A program made the position numbers and the translations under genes. This document shows positions 51,123 to 60,033 of a stretch of 64,000 nucleotides of DNA, piece after piece. Positions within the stretch are counted from its first letter, which is position 1. Every line of letters begins with the position of its first letter. Origin of the DNA: Gemmatimonadaceae bacterium (GTDB taxonomy: Bacteria; Gemmatimonadota; Gemmatimonadetes; Gemmatimonadales; Gemmatimonadaceae); assembly GCA_035538035.1 (NCBI GenBank), contig DATLLD010000109.1:2579-66578 (forward strand), in the 5' to 3' direction. Below the pieces are notes generated by a model that was not told the DNA's origin, ran no database searches, and saw only the letters and a program-made list of their open reading frames with translations.

Positions 51123-52490
51123 ATGACCTCCCTCGCGCGGCTCCGCCCCACGAGCGGCGAGCTGCGCGAGATGGCGCGCATCGCCGCGCCGATCGTGCTC
51201 GTCAACATCGGCATGCAGTCCATGGGCACGGTGGACGCGATCATGCTTGGCCGCGTCTCCGCCAGCGCCCTCGCCGCCGGCGCGCTCGGCAACTTCTACT
51301 TCTTCGTCACCGGCATCATCGGCGTCGGCGTGCTGATGTCGCTCGATCCCGTGATCGCGCAGGCCGTCGGCGCCAAGGACCAGGTGGGTGTCGCGCGCGG
51401 CGTGCAGCGGGGGGTGCTCCTCTCGCTGCTCGTGACCGCGGTCGTGGCCCTCGCCTTCACGCCCGCGAGAGCGGTATTCAGTGCGCTGCGGCAGCCGCCG
51501 GACGTGGTGCCGCTCGCCGCGTCGTACGTGCTCTGGAGCATTCCGGGGCTGCTGCCGTTCTTCATGTTCAACATGATGCGGCAGACGCTGCAGGCGCTGA
51601 CGCGCATCACGCCGGTCGTGATCGCGGTGCTCGTCGCCAACGCCGCGAACGTGCTCTTCAACTGGGTGCTGATCTACGGTCACTTCGGCTTCGCGCCGGG
51701 CGGCGTGCGGGGCGCGGCGCAGGCCACGGTGCTGGCGCGCTGGATGATGGCGAGCGTGCTGCTCATCGCCGCGTGGCGCACGCTCAGGCCCACGCTCGTG
51801 CCCTGGCGGCCGGAGAGTTTCCTCGCGGCGCCGCTCAAGCGGATGCTCCGGCTCGGCCTGCCGGTGGGCATGCAGTTCTTCGCCGAGGCGGGGGCGTTCG
51901 GGCTCGTGACCGTGATGGCCGGATGGATGGGCACCACGACGCTCGCCGGTCATGAGATCGCGCTCAACCTGGCGTCGATGACCTTCATGGTGCCGATGGG
52001 CGTCGCCGCCGCGGCCGCAGTCATGGTCGGGCACGCCGTCGGGGCAGGGGACATCTCCGCCTCGCGCCGCGAGGCCGTGGCCGCGCTCGTCTGCGGCGTC
52101 GGCTTCATGGCGTTGATGGCGGTGCTCTTCACGCTCACTCCTCACCTTCTCGCCAGCGCGTACACCACTGACTCGGCCACGCGCGTCGTCGCCTCGACGC
52201 TGATCCCCATCGCCGCCGTCTTCCAGGTGTTCGACGGCACGCAGGTGATCTCCTCGGCCATCCTTCGCGGCACCGGCGATACGCGCGTGCCGATGATCCT
52301 CCACGCGCTGAGCTTCTGGGCGGTGGGCATCCCACTCGGAGCGCTCGCGGCCTTCCGGTTCGACTTCGGTGCGCCCGGGCTCTGGTGGGGGCTCACGGCG
52401 GGGCTCGCGGCGGCTGCGGTGCTGCAGGTCCTCCGCGTGCGAGTGAGGCTGGGCTCCGATGTGAGGCGCGTGGTGATCGACCACGGCTAG
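51123..52490 (+). CDS. MATE family efflux transporter
   Basis: About 12 TM segments; motifs VDAIMLGR, GVRGAAQAT and LRGTGDTRVPM. Confidence 0.92.
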   Translation: MTSLARLRPTSGELREMARIAAPIVLVNIGMQSMGTVDAIMLGRVSASALAAGALGNFYFFVTGIIGVGVLMSLDPVIAQAVGAKDQVGVARGVQRGVLLSLLVTAVVALAFTPARAVFSALRQPPDVVPLAASYVLWSIPGLLPFFMFNMMRQTLQALTRITPVVIAVLVANAANVLFNWVLIYGHFGFAPGGVRGAAQATVLARWMMASVLLIAAWRTLRPTLVPWRPESFLAAPLKRMLRLGLPVGMQFFAEAGAFGLVTVMAGWMGTTTLAGHEIALNLASMTFMVPMGVAAAAAVMVGHAVGAGDISASRREAVAALVCGVGFMALMAVLFTLTPHLLASAYTTDSATRVVASTLIPIAAVFQVFDGTQVISSAILRGTGDTRVPMILHALSFWAVGIPLGALAAFRFDFGAPGLWWGLTAGLAAAAVLQVLRVRVRLGSDVRRVVIDHG

Positions 52491-52624
52491 GCCGCGGCCT
52501 CGGTCGGGAGTGGGCGGCTGGATGATGGATGTGACGCGGCGCGCGTTGCCTGCAGTCAGCAGGGTAAGGGCACGTCTCATCGTGCCCAAAATCAGGCCGT
52601 TGTCATTCCCAATCGAGGTACTTG

Positions 52625-53251
52625 ATGATCTCCCTTCGCGCACTCCCGACCCGCCTGGCAACTGGACTTGCCCTCTCTGTCTTCGCGCTCGGCGCCATCT
52701 CCTGCGACTCGTCCACGTCGCCGCGCAATGGTGAACTCACCCTGCTGCTCACCGACGCGCCCGGCGACGTCGTGAGCGCCGTCGTCACGATCGATCGCAT
52801 CTACATGCAGCCGTCCGAGGCCGGCGACAACGGCCGCGTCGTGCTGCTCGAGGACGACGTGACGACCGACCTGCTGACGCTCGTCGGCACCACGCAGGAA
52901 CTGTTCGCCGATGCCTTGCTGCCGGTCGGCGGATACTCGCAGCTCCGGTTCGTGATCAGCGGCGCGTACATCGAGGTCGAGCAGGCAGACGGTTCGACGC
53001 TGATCTATGCGTCGTCGCCGGACTACGCGGGCCTGCCCGAAGGCGCGACGGTCGCCGGTGAGCTGCAGATGCCGAGCCTCGCACAGTCGGGGCTCAAGGT
53101 GAAGCTGCCGGGTGACGTGGTCGTGATCGACGAAGAGGTGCCGCTCACCTTGGTGGTCGACTTCGACGTCGCGCAGAGCTTCGGCCAGCTGGCCGGCGGC
53201 TCGGGACGCTGGGTGATGAACCCGGTGATCACCGCGGCGCGTCCGGAATAA
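52625..53251 (+). CDS. DUF4382-like lipoprotein
   Basis: Lipobox-like AISC, plus LLTDAP, PS..QSGLK and VDFDVAQS. Confidence 0.78.
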   Translation: MISLRALPTRLATGLALSVFALGAISCDSSTSPRNGELTLLLTDAPGDVVSAVVTIDRIYMQPSEAGDNGRVVLLEDDVTTDLLTLVGTTQELFADALLPVGGYSQLRFVISGAYIEVEQADGSTLIYASSPDYAGLPEGATVAGELQMPSLAQSGLKVKLPGDVVVIDEEVPLTLVVDFDVAQSFGQLAGGSGRWVMNPVITAARPE

Positions 53252-53264
53252 CGTCTTGCTGGGT

Positions 53265-53299
53265 TGCGTGCCGGGCGGTGCTCCACCGCCCGGCATGCA
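53265..53299. terminator. hairpin between convergent genes
   Basis: TGCGTGCCGGGCGGTG-CTC-CACCGCCCGGCATGCA. Confidence 0.6.
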
Positions 53300-53302
53300 C
53301 GC

Positions 53303-53842
53303 TCAGGCTTCGAAGGTCAGTTCCGCCGCGGGTACCAGCCGCACCCGCGGCCCGAAGCTCGTGATGTTGCCGAGCGTGTGATTGTGATGCCGGATCACGA
53401 GGGCGGGTGAGAGGTCGGCATGCCCCGCGGTCGTGTGAGCGTCCGACACGAGCACCACCGGATAGCCGAGCGCCAATGCGCGCCGCGTCGTGGTATCCAC
53501 GCAGAACTCGGTGTGCATCCCGCAGATCACCAGGTCCTTGACGCCATGGTGGTCGAGCACGCTTGCCAGCTCCGTGAGATGGAACGAGTCGGCGGCGGTC
53601 TTTCGCACGCGCAGGTCGGACGGAGCGACCTCCAGGTCGCGCGCGAGCTGCCAGCCATCGCTCCCGTGCTCGAGATAGCCGTCCCGCCCCTCGTGCTGGA
53701 TGAAGATCACGGGTGCCCCCGCGGCGCGCGCCGTGGCCGCGACGAGGTTGATCCGCGCGATGGTTCCCGCGAGGTCGTACGGCGCGCTGTCTCCCTCGCA
53801 GAGCCCCTGCTGAACGTCGATGATGAGGAGCGCAGTCGGCAC
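53303..53842 (-). CDS. isochorismatase-family cysteine hydrolase
   Basis: Motifs ALLIIDVQ, RKTAADSF, GMHTEFCVDTT and SDAHTT. Confidence 0.92.
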   Translation of the reverse strand: MPTALLIIDVQQGLCEGDSAPYDLAGTIARINLVAATARAAGAPVIFIQHEGRDGYLEHGSDGWQLARDLEVAPSDLRVRKTAADSFHLTELASVLDHHGVKDLVICGMHTEFCVDTTTRRALALGYPVVLVSDAHTTAGHADLSPALVIRHHNHTLGNITSFGPRVRLVPAAELTFEA

Positions 53843-53903
53843 GGTCGTTTTTCGCGCGGGTGGTGGGTGGTCCGGCGATGGGTTCGAATGAATCTACGAC
53901 CGG

Positions 53904-54476
53904 TCAGGCCTCGCTCGGCAGGACCGATCGCACCCTGGCGATGAAGATGTGGAACTCCTCCATGAAATGCCGAAGGAACGTCTCCGTGGTGAGGTCGGCG
54001 ACCTCGCCATCGTCCGTCACGAGGCCTGGCGTGAACTGGATGTAGGCTTCCGGCGCGTTCATCTGCGGAGAGTTGCAGAAGCTCAGCACGCTCCGCAGGC
54101 TCTGCTGCGCGACGGCGGTGCCGATGGCGCCCGGCGAGGTGCCGATCACGGCAGATGGCTTGTGGGTGAAGGAGTTCGCCCCATAGGGCCGGCTCGCCCA
54201 GTCGATGGCGTTCTTCAGCCCGCCCGGGATGGAGCGATTGTACTCGGGCGTTACGAAGAGCAGCGCATCGACCGCCTTGATCGCATCCTTCAACGCGCGA
54301 GCCGGCGGCGGATAGTCGGCGTCGTAGTCAGAGCTGTAGAGCGGTAGGTCCCCGAACGGGATCTCGACGAAGGTCAGATTCTGCGGGGCAAGGCGAATGA
54401 GCGCCCGGGCAAGCTTGCGGTTGATCGATCCGCGCGCGAGGCTGCCGATGAAATAGCCGACCTTGTGGTGGTTCAT
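53904..54476 (-). CDS. NAD(P)H-dependent FMN reductase (ChrR/YieF-like)
   Basis: Motifs GSLARGSIN and VTPEYNRSIPGGLKNAIDWASRP. Confidence 0.93.
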   Translation of the reverse strand: MNHHKVGYFIGSLARGSINRKLARALIRLAPQNLTFVEIPFGDLPLYSSDYDADYPPPARALKDAIKAVDALLFVTPEYNRSIPGGLKNAIDWASRPYGANSFTHKPSAVIGTSPGAIGTAVAQQSLRSVLSFCNSPQMNAPEAYIQFTPGLVTDDGEVADLTTETFLRHFMEEFHIFIARVRSVLPSEA

Positions 54477-54661
54477 GAATGGACCTCGCAGTTCAAGAGG
54501 TGTCGGGAATGCGCCACCGCGATGTTCTACACCGGCCGCCATTCGGGCCCGAGCCCGCTCCGCGGCTACTCCCCTCGCCAAGGCCCCCAGTGGAGGTACC
54601 GTCCCGTGGTGGCTACTGCACCTCGCGCCCCGGGAACCATTGCATGCGAAGGCAGATATGT

Positions 54662-54675
54662 GTTAGAACACTAAC
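54662..54675. promoter_or_regulatory. palindromic operator candidate
   Basis: GTTAG-AACA-CTAAC in an AT-rich patch between divergent genes. Confidence 0.5.
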
Positions 54676-54729
54676 TATCCCAATACCAGCCGCGGGCACC
54701 CCTTTACGCGGCGGACTAACGGAGACTCG

Positions 54730-55683
54730 ATGGGCGTCACGACGAATGACATTTTTGGCGCCGGCGCACAGCCGGCGATGCCGGGCACCTATGGCACTGC
54801 GCCATCCGGCTTCCGGCTACCCGACGCCACACGCCTTGGCGGCGTACGACTTCAGGTCACTGACCTCGCACGTTCGCTGGAGTTCTACGAGAACGTTCTC
54901 GGCTTGCGAGCCGTGGCGCGCGAGGCAAGCCGCGCCGTGCTCACCGCCCAGGGCGACGACCGGCCGCTGGTCGAGCTCGAGGAGCACCGCGTCGCGGCTG
55001 CGCCCGCGCGCGTGGCTCGGCTCGGGCTATATCACTTCGCGATCCTGCTGCCCGACAGACCTTCGCTTGCCCGCTTCGTGAAGCACCTCGGCGACATCAA
55101 TGCACGCGCCGGCGCTGGCGATCACCTCGTGAGCGAGGCCTTCTACCTCCAGGATCCCGACGGGCTCGGCATCGAGGTCTATGCCGACCGGCCGCGTGAT
55201 AGTTGGAGGCGCGTCGGGCGCGAGCTCATGATGGCCACCGATCCGGTGGACGTGCGCGCGTTGGTGCAGGATGCGGGCAGCGGGCCGTGGCGCGGAATGC
55301 CCGCGGGCACGGTGATGGGCCACGTGCACCTGCACGTGGGCGATCTCGAGCGCGCGATCGCGTTCTACGCGGAAGGACTTGGGTTCGATCGCACGGTCTG
55401 GAGCTACCCGGGCGCGCTCTTCCTGGGCGCGGGCGGTTACCACCATCATGTCGGCACGAACCTCTGGGCCGGGAGCGGCGCCAAGCCGGCTGGGGAGGGG
55501 GAGCCACGCCTGCTCGAGTGGACGATCGAGGTTCCGACGGCCGCTGATGTGGCGGCCGCCGCGGCAAGCCTCACGCGCGGCGGGTTCGTCGCCGAGCGAG
55601 ACGCTGCGTCGGGCGAAGATGCTGTCGTGTCTCGCGATCCATGGGACACCACCGTTCGCATTCGCGCCGTGTCGACGAAGTAA
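54730..55683 (+). CDS. VOC family protein (CatE-like catechol 2,3-dioxygenase/glyoxalase)
   Basis: Motifs GLYHFAILLP, DHLVSEAFYLQDPDGLGIEVYADRP, GHVHLHV and GGYHHHVG. Confidence 0.9.
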   Translation: MGVTTNDIFGAGAQPAMPGTYGTAPSGFRLPDATRLGGVRLQVTDLARSLEFYENVLGLRAVAREASRAVLTAQGDDRPLVELEEHRVAAAPARVARLGLYHFAILLPDRPSLARFVKHLGDINARAGAGDHLVSEAFYLQDPDGLGIEVYADRPRDSWRRVGRELMMATDPVDVRALVQDAGSGPWRGMPAGTVMGHVHLHVGDLERAIAFYAEGLGFDRTVWSYPGALFLGAGGYHHHVGTNLWAGSGAKPAGEGEPRLLEWTIEVPTAADVAAAAASLTRGGFVAERDAASGEDAVVSRDPWDTTVRIRAVSTK

Positions 55684-55690
55684 ATGAAGG

Positions 55691-55733
55691 CTGGAGGCAA
55701 CTACGCCGTGCGGTTGCCTCCAGTCTTTTGTTT
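55691..55733 (+). terminator. intrinsic terminator
   Basis: 11-bp stem CTGGAGGCAAC...GTTGCCTCCAG, followed by TCTTTTGTTT. Confidence 0.75.
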
Positions 55734-55772
55734 CTCGCCCGCACCTACTCGTTGAAACCGACGAGGTAGCGC

Positions 55773-57029
55773 CTACCGCCGAACCAGCTCCACTCGCCGG
55801 TTCGTCTGGCGCCCCTCAGGCGTGTCGTTCGAGCCTGCCGGCTTTGTCGAACCGAATCCCGCGGTCTCGAGTCGTCCCGCTTCCACTCCGTAGCTGCCGA
55901 CGAGCGCTGCTTTCACCGCAGCCGCCCGCTTCTCGGAGAGCGTCTTGTTGGTGGCCGCGCTGCCGACGTTGTCCGTGTGTCCCTCGATCGTGAGCGAGAG
56001 GTCGCCGTGCTCGGTGAGCATCGCCGCGATCTCCTTGAGCGTGGGCGAGCTCTCGGGGCGGATGCGGTCGGAGCCGGTGTCGAAGTAGATGCCCTGCGTC
56101 GCCACGCGTCCTGTTTCGGCGAGCACGTCATAGAGCTTCTTGCCGCCGGCCGCGAGACGGAAGTTGCCGAACAGGGAGGGATTGGCGTCGTCGCCGTCCG
56201 TGTAGAACAGGATCTTGTTGGTGCGCTCGAGGTCCGCGTTGGGCACGTTCAGCACGCGCTTCTCGTCCAGGTAGACCTTCGCGTACTTGCCGTCCACCAT
56301 GATGCGCCCGCGGCGGATCTTCGACTCCCCGCCTGACTCGGTGTATTGGGCCTGCACCTTGTTCGCGCGGTTCGACAACGCCGCGTGGCCGTGGCCCCCG
56401 AAATCCACTTGGCGCTCCTCCTTCTCGCCGAAGTAGATCCAGACCTCGCCCGACGGGATGTAGTAGTCGAACTCCATCGTGAACCGGTCCGGACGAACCT
56501 CCGGGAGCGGCACGTACCACTTCGAATCGGACGAGGCCCGCAGCCAGCGGCCGCCCTGCCAGTCCACGAGCTCCAGCGAGCCGGACTGGAACTCCATCCG
56601 CCGCGGGAAGTCACCCACTTCGTCCTTGGTGAAGTCGTCGAAGAAGAGGATCCGCTCGCCGGGCTTGAAGTCGTAGTTTGCCCACGCGCCGGTGCCGGGC
56701 TTGAGGGCGTTGACGTCACTGGATCCGTCCTCGGTCGCGTTCGCGTTCGCGTTCGCGCCCGCAGCCGCCGCACCCTTTGCCCCCGTGGTCTCCACCTTCT
56801 TGCCTTCGGCCTTCGCCTTCGCGATGCACGCGCTGTCGGTCGCGGCGCACTTCACCGTCTCTTCCGCCTTGTCCAGCGCCTTGTCCATGCCCTCGTCGGT
56901 CTTGCGATCCACGCGTTCCTGGACCTTGCGCTTCAACCGGTCGCCGAGGCTCTGGGCGCTCAGCGGGGCCGCTTGGACAGAAAGAAGGCTCGCTGCTGCC
57001 ACAGCAGCGAAGAGACGGGACAGTTGCAT
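55773..57029 (-). CDS. OmpA family protein
   Basis: Signal peptide and C-terminal OmpA domain (IYFDTGS, IEGHTD, LSEKRAAAV, NRRVE). Confidence 0.9.
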   Translation of the reverse strand: MQLSRLFAAVAAASLLSVQAAPLSAQSLGDRLKRKVQERVDRKTDEGMDKALDKAEETVKCAATDSACIAKAKAEGKKVETTGAKGAAAAGANANANATEDGSSDVNALKPGTGAWANYDFKPGERILFFDDFTKDEVGDFPRRMEFQSGSLELVDWQGGRWLRASSDSKWYVPLPEVRPDRFTMEFDYYIPSGEVWIYFGEKEERQVDFGGHGHAALSNRANKVQAQYTESGGESKIRRGRIMVDGKYAKVYLDEKRVLNVPNADLERTNKILFYTDGDDANPSLFGNFRLAAGGKKLYDVLAETGRVATQGIYFDTGSDRIRPESSPTLKEIAAMLTEHGDLSLTIEGHTDNVGSAATNKTLSEKRAAAVKAALVGSYGVEAGRLETAGFGSTKPAGSNDTPEGRQTNRRVELVRR

Positions 57030-57176
57030 CGAGGGGCTCCTGGTGTGGGTTCGACCGGAGAAGGTCGAGTGCGTTCGGTCGAGCGGACGCCTAAAGTCGG
57101 CGTCAGAGGTTCCGCTCGTCAAGGTTCGCCGCCGTCTAGGCGGTACAGGAGTGCAAAGTTGTCGTGGCGATCGGGA

Positions 57177-57678
57177 ATGACAGTGATGTGCGGCACATGC
57201 GATCTCGTTGCTCCGCTCGACGCACAGGTGCCGCTCCAAGTCCGGGTTCTGGACTCCGCCGGCATCGCCATCCCCTACGCAGTCGTAGATGCCTCGCCCG
57301 GTGGCCGGCGAGTGGCGGACAGCGACGGTGTAGCCGCCTTTACGCGTCTCTCACTAGGCGATTCCACACTCGTCATCGTTCGGCGGGTCGGTTACAGATA
57401 GGCGACGGTGCAAGTAGCCGTTGGAGTCGATTCAATCGTTGTCAGGCTTTCGGCGCTCGCGCGTGCTCCCCACCGTTGAGATCAGCGAGCGCCGGAACAC
57501 GCCGCTCGCCCGGCGGGGCTTCTATGATCGGATGGAGCGCGTGCAGCACGGAGCGATCGTTGGCGAGTTCATCACGCCGGAAGACCTGGACCGACTGAGC
57601 GCCATGACCGTCGCCCGAGCGCTCACCGGCGCGCGATACGTGCAGGCGACCCGAAGCGGATCGCGGCGCTCCGGTAGC
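57177..57678 (+). pseudogene. disrupted carboxypeptidase-regulatory-like / plug-like secreted protein gene
   Basis: ...VRVLDSAGIAIPYA...VRRVGYR, an in-frame TAG at 57399-57401, then ATVQVAVGVDSIVVRLSALA, a frameshift near 57462, then VLPTVEI...GFYDRM...FITPEDL. It runs into the pbpC end. Confidence 0.65.
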
Positions 57679-60033
57679 TCACTCGACTCGCACCCTCGCC
57701 TCGGCATGCGCACCGCCCGCGCCCTCCGCGCGGATCACGTACTCACCGACGACGAGAGGCCAGCGCGCACCCTCGAACGCCTTGCCGTTGACGAACCATC
57801 GCACCGGCCCGCTCGCGCCGACGGCGCGCAGCGAGACGGTCGCGAACTGCGATGGCACGCCAGGCGGCACGCGAAGCACGTCGCCATCCGCCGGCGAGAT
57901 GATGCGGAATCCCCGCGGCGCCGCGCGCTCCTCGCGGTTCTCGTCAATGCCCGGAAGACGATCCGCCTCTGGCACTTCCTCCCACGACTCGTCCTCGTCG
58001 AGCACGTATCCGCGCTCCGCGCTCGCCGACCACTCGGCGTACTCCGCGGGCAGGCGCACGCGCCCGCGGCGCACCCAGTCATCGGCGCGCGTGGGCTCGC
58101 TGCCGGGCAGGAACCACTCGCGCATCCCGGGGCACCCCGGCGTCGCGAGCATGCCCGACACGCGGCAGATCTCGGCGGCCACGAGTCCCATCGCGGACGG
58201 CGAGACGAGCTGTCCCGGCGGGTAGCGCTGCGCCGTGATCATGACCGCGCGGTTCAGCAGGGGGCCGGCGCCGGTGACGCCACTGACGCCCTGCATCGGC
58301 TGCCCGGAGAAGTTGCCGACCCACACCGCCACGGTGAATCGCTCCGTGGTGGCAACCGCCCAGTTGTCGGTGAAGTGACGGCTGGTGCCCGTCTTCACCG
58401 CGGTGCGGAAGGGGAAGTCAAACGGCGTCTGCAGGCCGAACCCCGGCACGCGCGCGCTCGCGTCGGAGAGCACGTCGAGCACCAGCGCGGCCGCCTCGCG
58501 CGAGACGACGCGGGCGTCACCCTCAGTCTTGGACGGCGCGAACATGTCGGTCGAGGATGTGCCGTCAGGCCCGGACTGCAGCCAGCGCCACGGACTCCAT
58601 ACGCCCCCGTTGGCCAGCGCTCGGTATCCGTTCGCCAGCTCGATCAGCGTGACGTCGCCGTTGCCAAGCGCGAGGCCCAGTCCGTAGTGGTCCGCCTCGC
58701 GCGAGAGCGACGCGAATCCGGCGCGACGCAACGTCGCGAGCAGCGCGCCGACACCCACCTGTTCCGCGAGCTCCACGGCAGGCACGTTGTACGAGCTGGC
58801 GAGCGCCTCGCGCGCGCGCACCGGGCCGCGGAAACGACGGTCGTAGTTGCGCGGCGAGTAGGCGCCGGTGGCGGTGGGGTAGCTGCGCGGCACGTCGGCC
58901 AGCACGGTCGCGGCGGTGGTGCCGCGGTCGAACGCCAGCGCATAGAGGAACGGCTTGAGCGCCGATCCCGGCTGTCGCGGCGAGACGACCATGTCCGTCT
59001 GCCCGGTGCGCGATTCCCAGAAGTCGGGCGACCCGACCCACGCGAGCACGTCGCCCGAAGGGTTGTCGAGCACGACAACGGCGGCGTGGCGCACGGCGCG
59101 GGCGCGGAGCACGTCGACGGCGTGGCGCACCTCGGCCTCGACTTCCGCTTGCAACGCGGCATCGAGCGTCGCTCGCCAAGTGCGTTCGCTCACGGCGGTG
59201 CTGCGCGAAAGCCGCTCGTCCAGTTGCACGAGCCGCGTCGTGAAGTGCGGTGCGAGGAACGGCGCGCTTGAGCGCATCGGCAACAGCGGCTCCGCACCGG
59301 CCAGCCGCGCTTCCGTCTCAGCGATCATCGCGGCGCGCTGCATGCGAGCCAGCGCCACGCGCCGGCGTCTTTGGGCGGCATGAGGGTCGGACATGGGATT
59401 GTCGCGCGACGGCGCATGCGCGAGCCCGGCGAGCATCGCCGCCTCGCCCACGCTCACCTCGGCCGCCGTGGCGTTGAAGTAGAGTCCCGCCGCCGCGGTG
59501 ACGCCGACTGCGCCCTGGCCCAGGTGCACGCGGTTCAAGTACTGCTCGAGCAGCGTCTCCTTGCTCAACTGCCAGTCGAGTCGCAGTCCCCAAGCCGTCT
59601 CGCGCACCTTGCTGCGCCAGCCGCGTGCGCCTGGCTGGAGCAGACGCGCGAGCTGCATGGGAATCGTAGACGCGCCCGAGACGACGCGCCCCGCCCGCCG
59701 GTTGGCGAGGGCCGCGCGCATCACGGCGCGCGGGTCGACGCCGGCGTGCGACCAGAATCGCTTGTCCTCCACCGCGACGAACGCCAGCAGCAGGTCGGGG
59801 TCCATCTCCGCGAGCGGCGTCCAGCGCGTGCGGCTGCCGTCAGTCGCGCGCGTCGACCGGAGCACGATGCCGTGCCGGTCCTCGATCCGCAGTCCTGTTG
59901 ATGGCGGGTCGAGCAAGCCGTTGGGCAGCGGCGCCATCACCCACGCGGCAAGCGCTAGCGCAACGAGCGTGCCGGCGCCGGCAGTCATGATCGCGCCGAA
60001 GCGCAGCGCGCGGCGCAAGAACGCGCGTGTCAC
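57679..60033 (-). CDS. pbpC: penicillin-binding protein 1C
   Basis: Transglycosylase motifs EDKRFWSHAGVD and SGASTIPMQLARL; transpeptidase motifs PGSALKP, SYN and KTGT. Located after alpha-2-macroglobulin. Confidence 0.93.
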   Translation of the reverse strand: MTRAFLRRALRFGAIMTAGAGTLVALALAAWVMAPLPNGLLDPPSTGLRIEDRHGIVLRSTRATDGSRTRWTPLAEMDPDLLLAFVAVEDKRFWSHAGVDPRAVMRAALANRRAGRVVSGASTIPMQLARLLQPGARGWRSKVRETAWGLRLDWQLSKETLLEQYLNRVHLGQGAVGVTAAAGLYFNATAAEVSVGEAAMLAGLAHAPSRDNPMSDPHAAQRRRRVALARMQRAAMIAETEARLAGAEPLLPMRSSAPFLAPHFTTRLVQLDERLSRSTAVSERTWRATLDAALQAEVEAEVRHAVDVLRARAVRHAAVVVLDNPSGDVLAWVGSPDFWESRTGQTDMVVSPRQPGSALKPFLYALAFDRGTTAATVLADVPRSYPTATGAYSPRNYDRRFRGPVRAREALASSYNVPAVELAEQVGVGALLATLRRAGFASLSREADHYGLGLALGNGDVTLIELANGYRALANGGVWSPWRWLQSGPDGTSSTDMFAPSKTEGDARVVSREAAALVLDVLSDASARVPGFGLQTPFDFPFRTAVKTGTSRHFTDNWAVATTERFTVAVWVGNFSGQPMQGVSGVTGAGPLLNRAVMITAQRYPPGQLVSPSAMGLVAAEICRVSGMLATPGCPGMREWFLPGSEPTRADDWVRRGRVRLPAEYAEWSASAERGYVLDEDESWEEVPEADRLPGIDENREERAAPRGFRIISPADGDVLRVPPGVPSQFATVSLRAVGASGPVRWFVNGKAFEGARWPLVVGEYVIRAEGAGGAHAEARVRVE

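Noticed and set aside
56735-56758. (TCGCGT)n short tandem repeat
   Set aside because: It encodes an in-frame Ala-Asn linker in the OmpA protein, and a 6-bp unit cannot cause phase variation.
57421-59271. 616 aa plus-strand ORF
   Set aside because: Only the first ~80 codons belong to the pseudogene fragment. The rest is antisense to pbpC.
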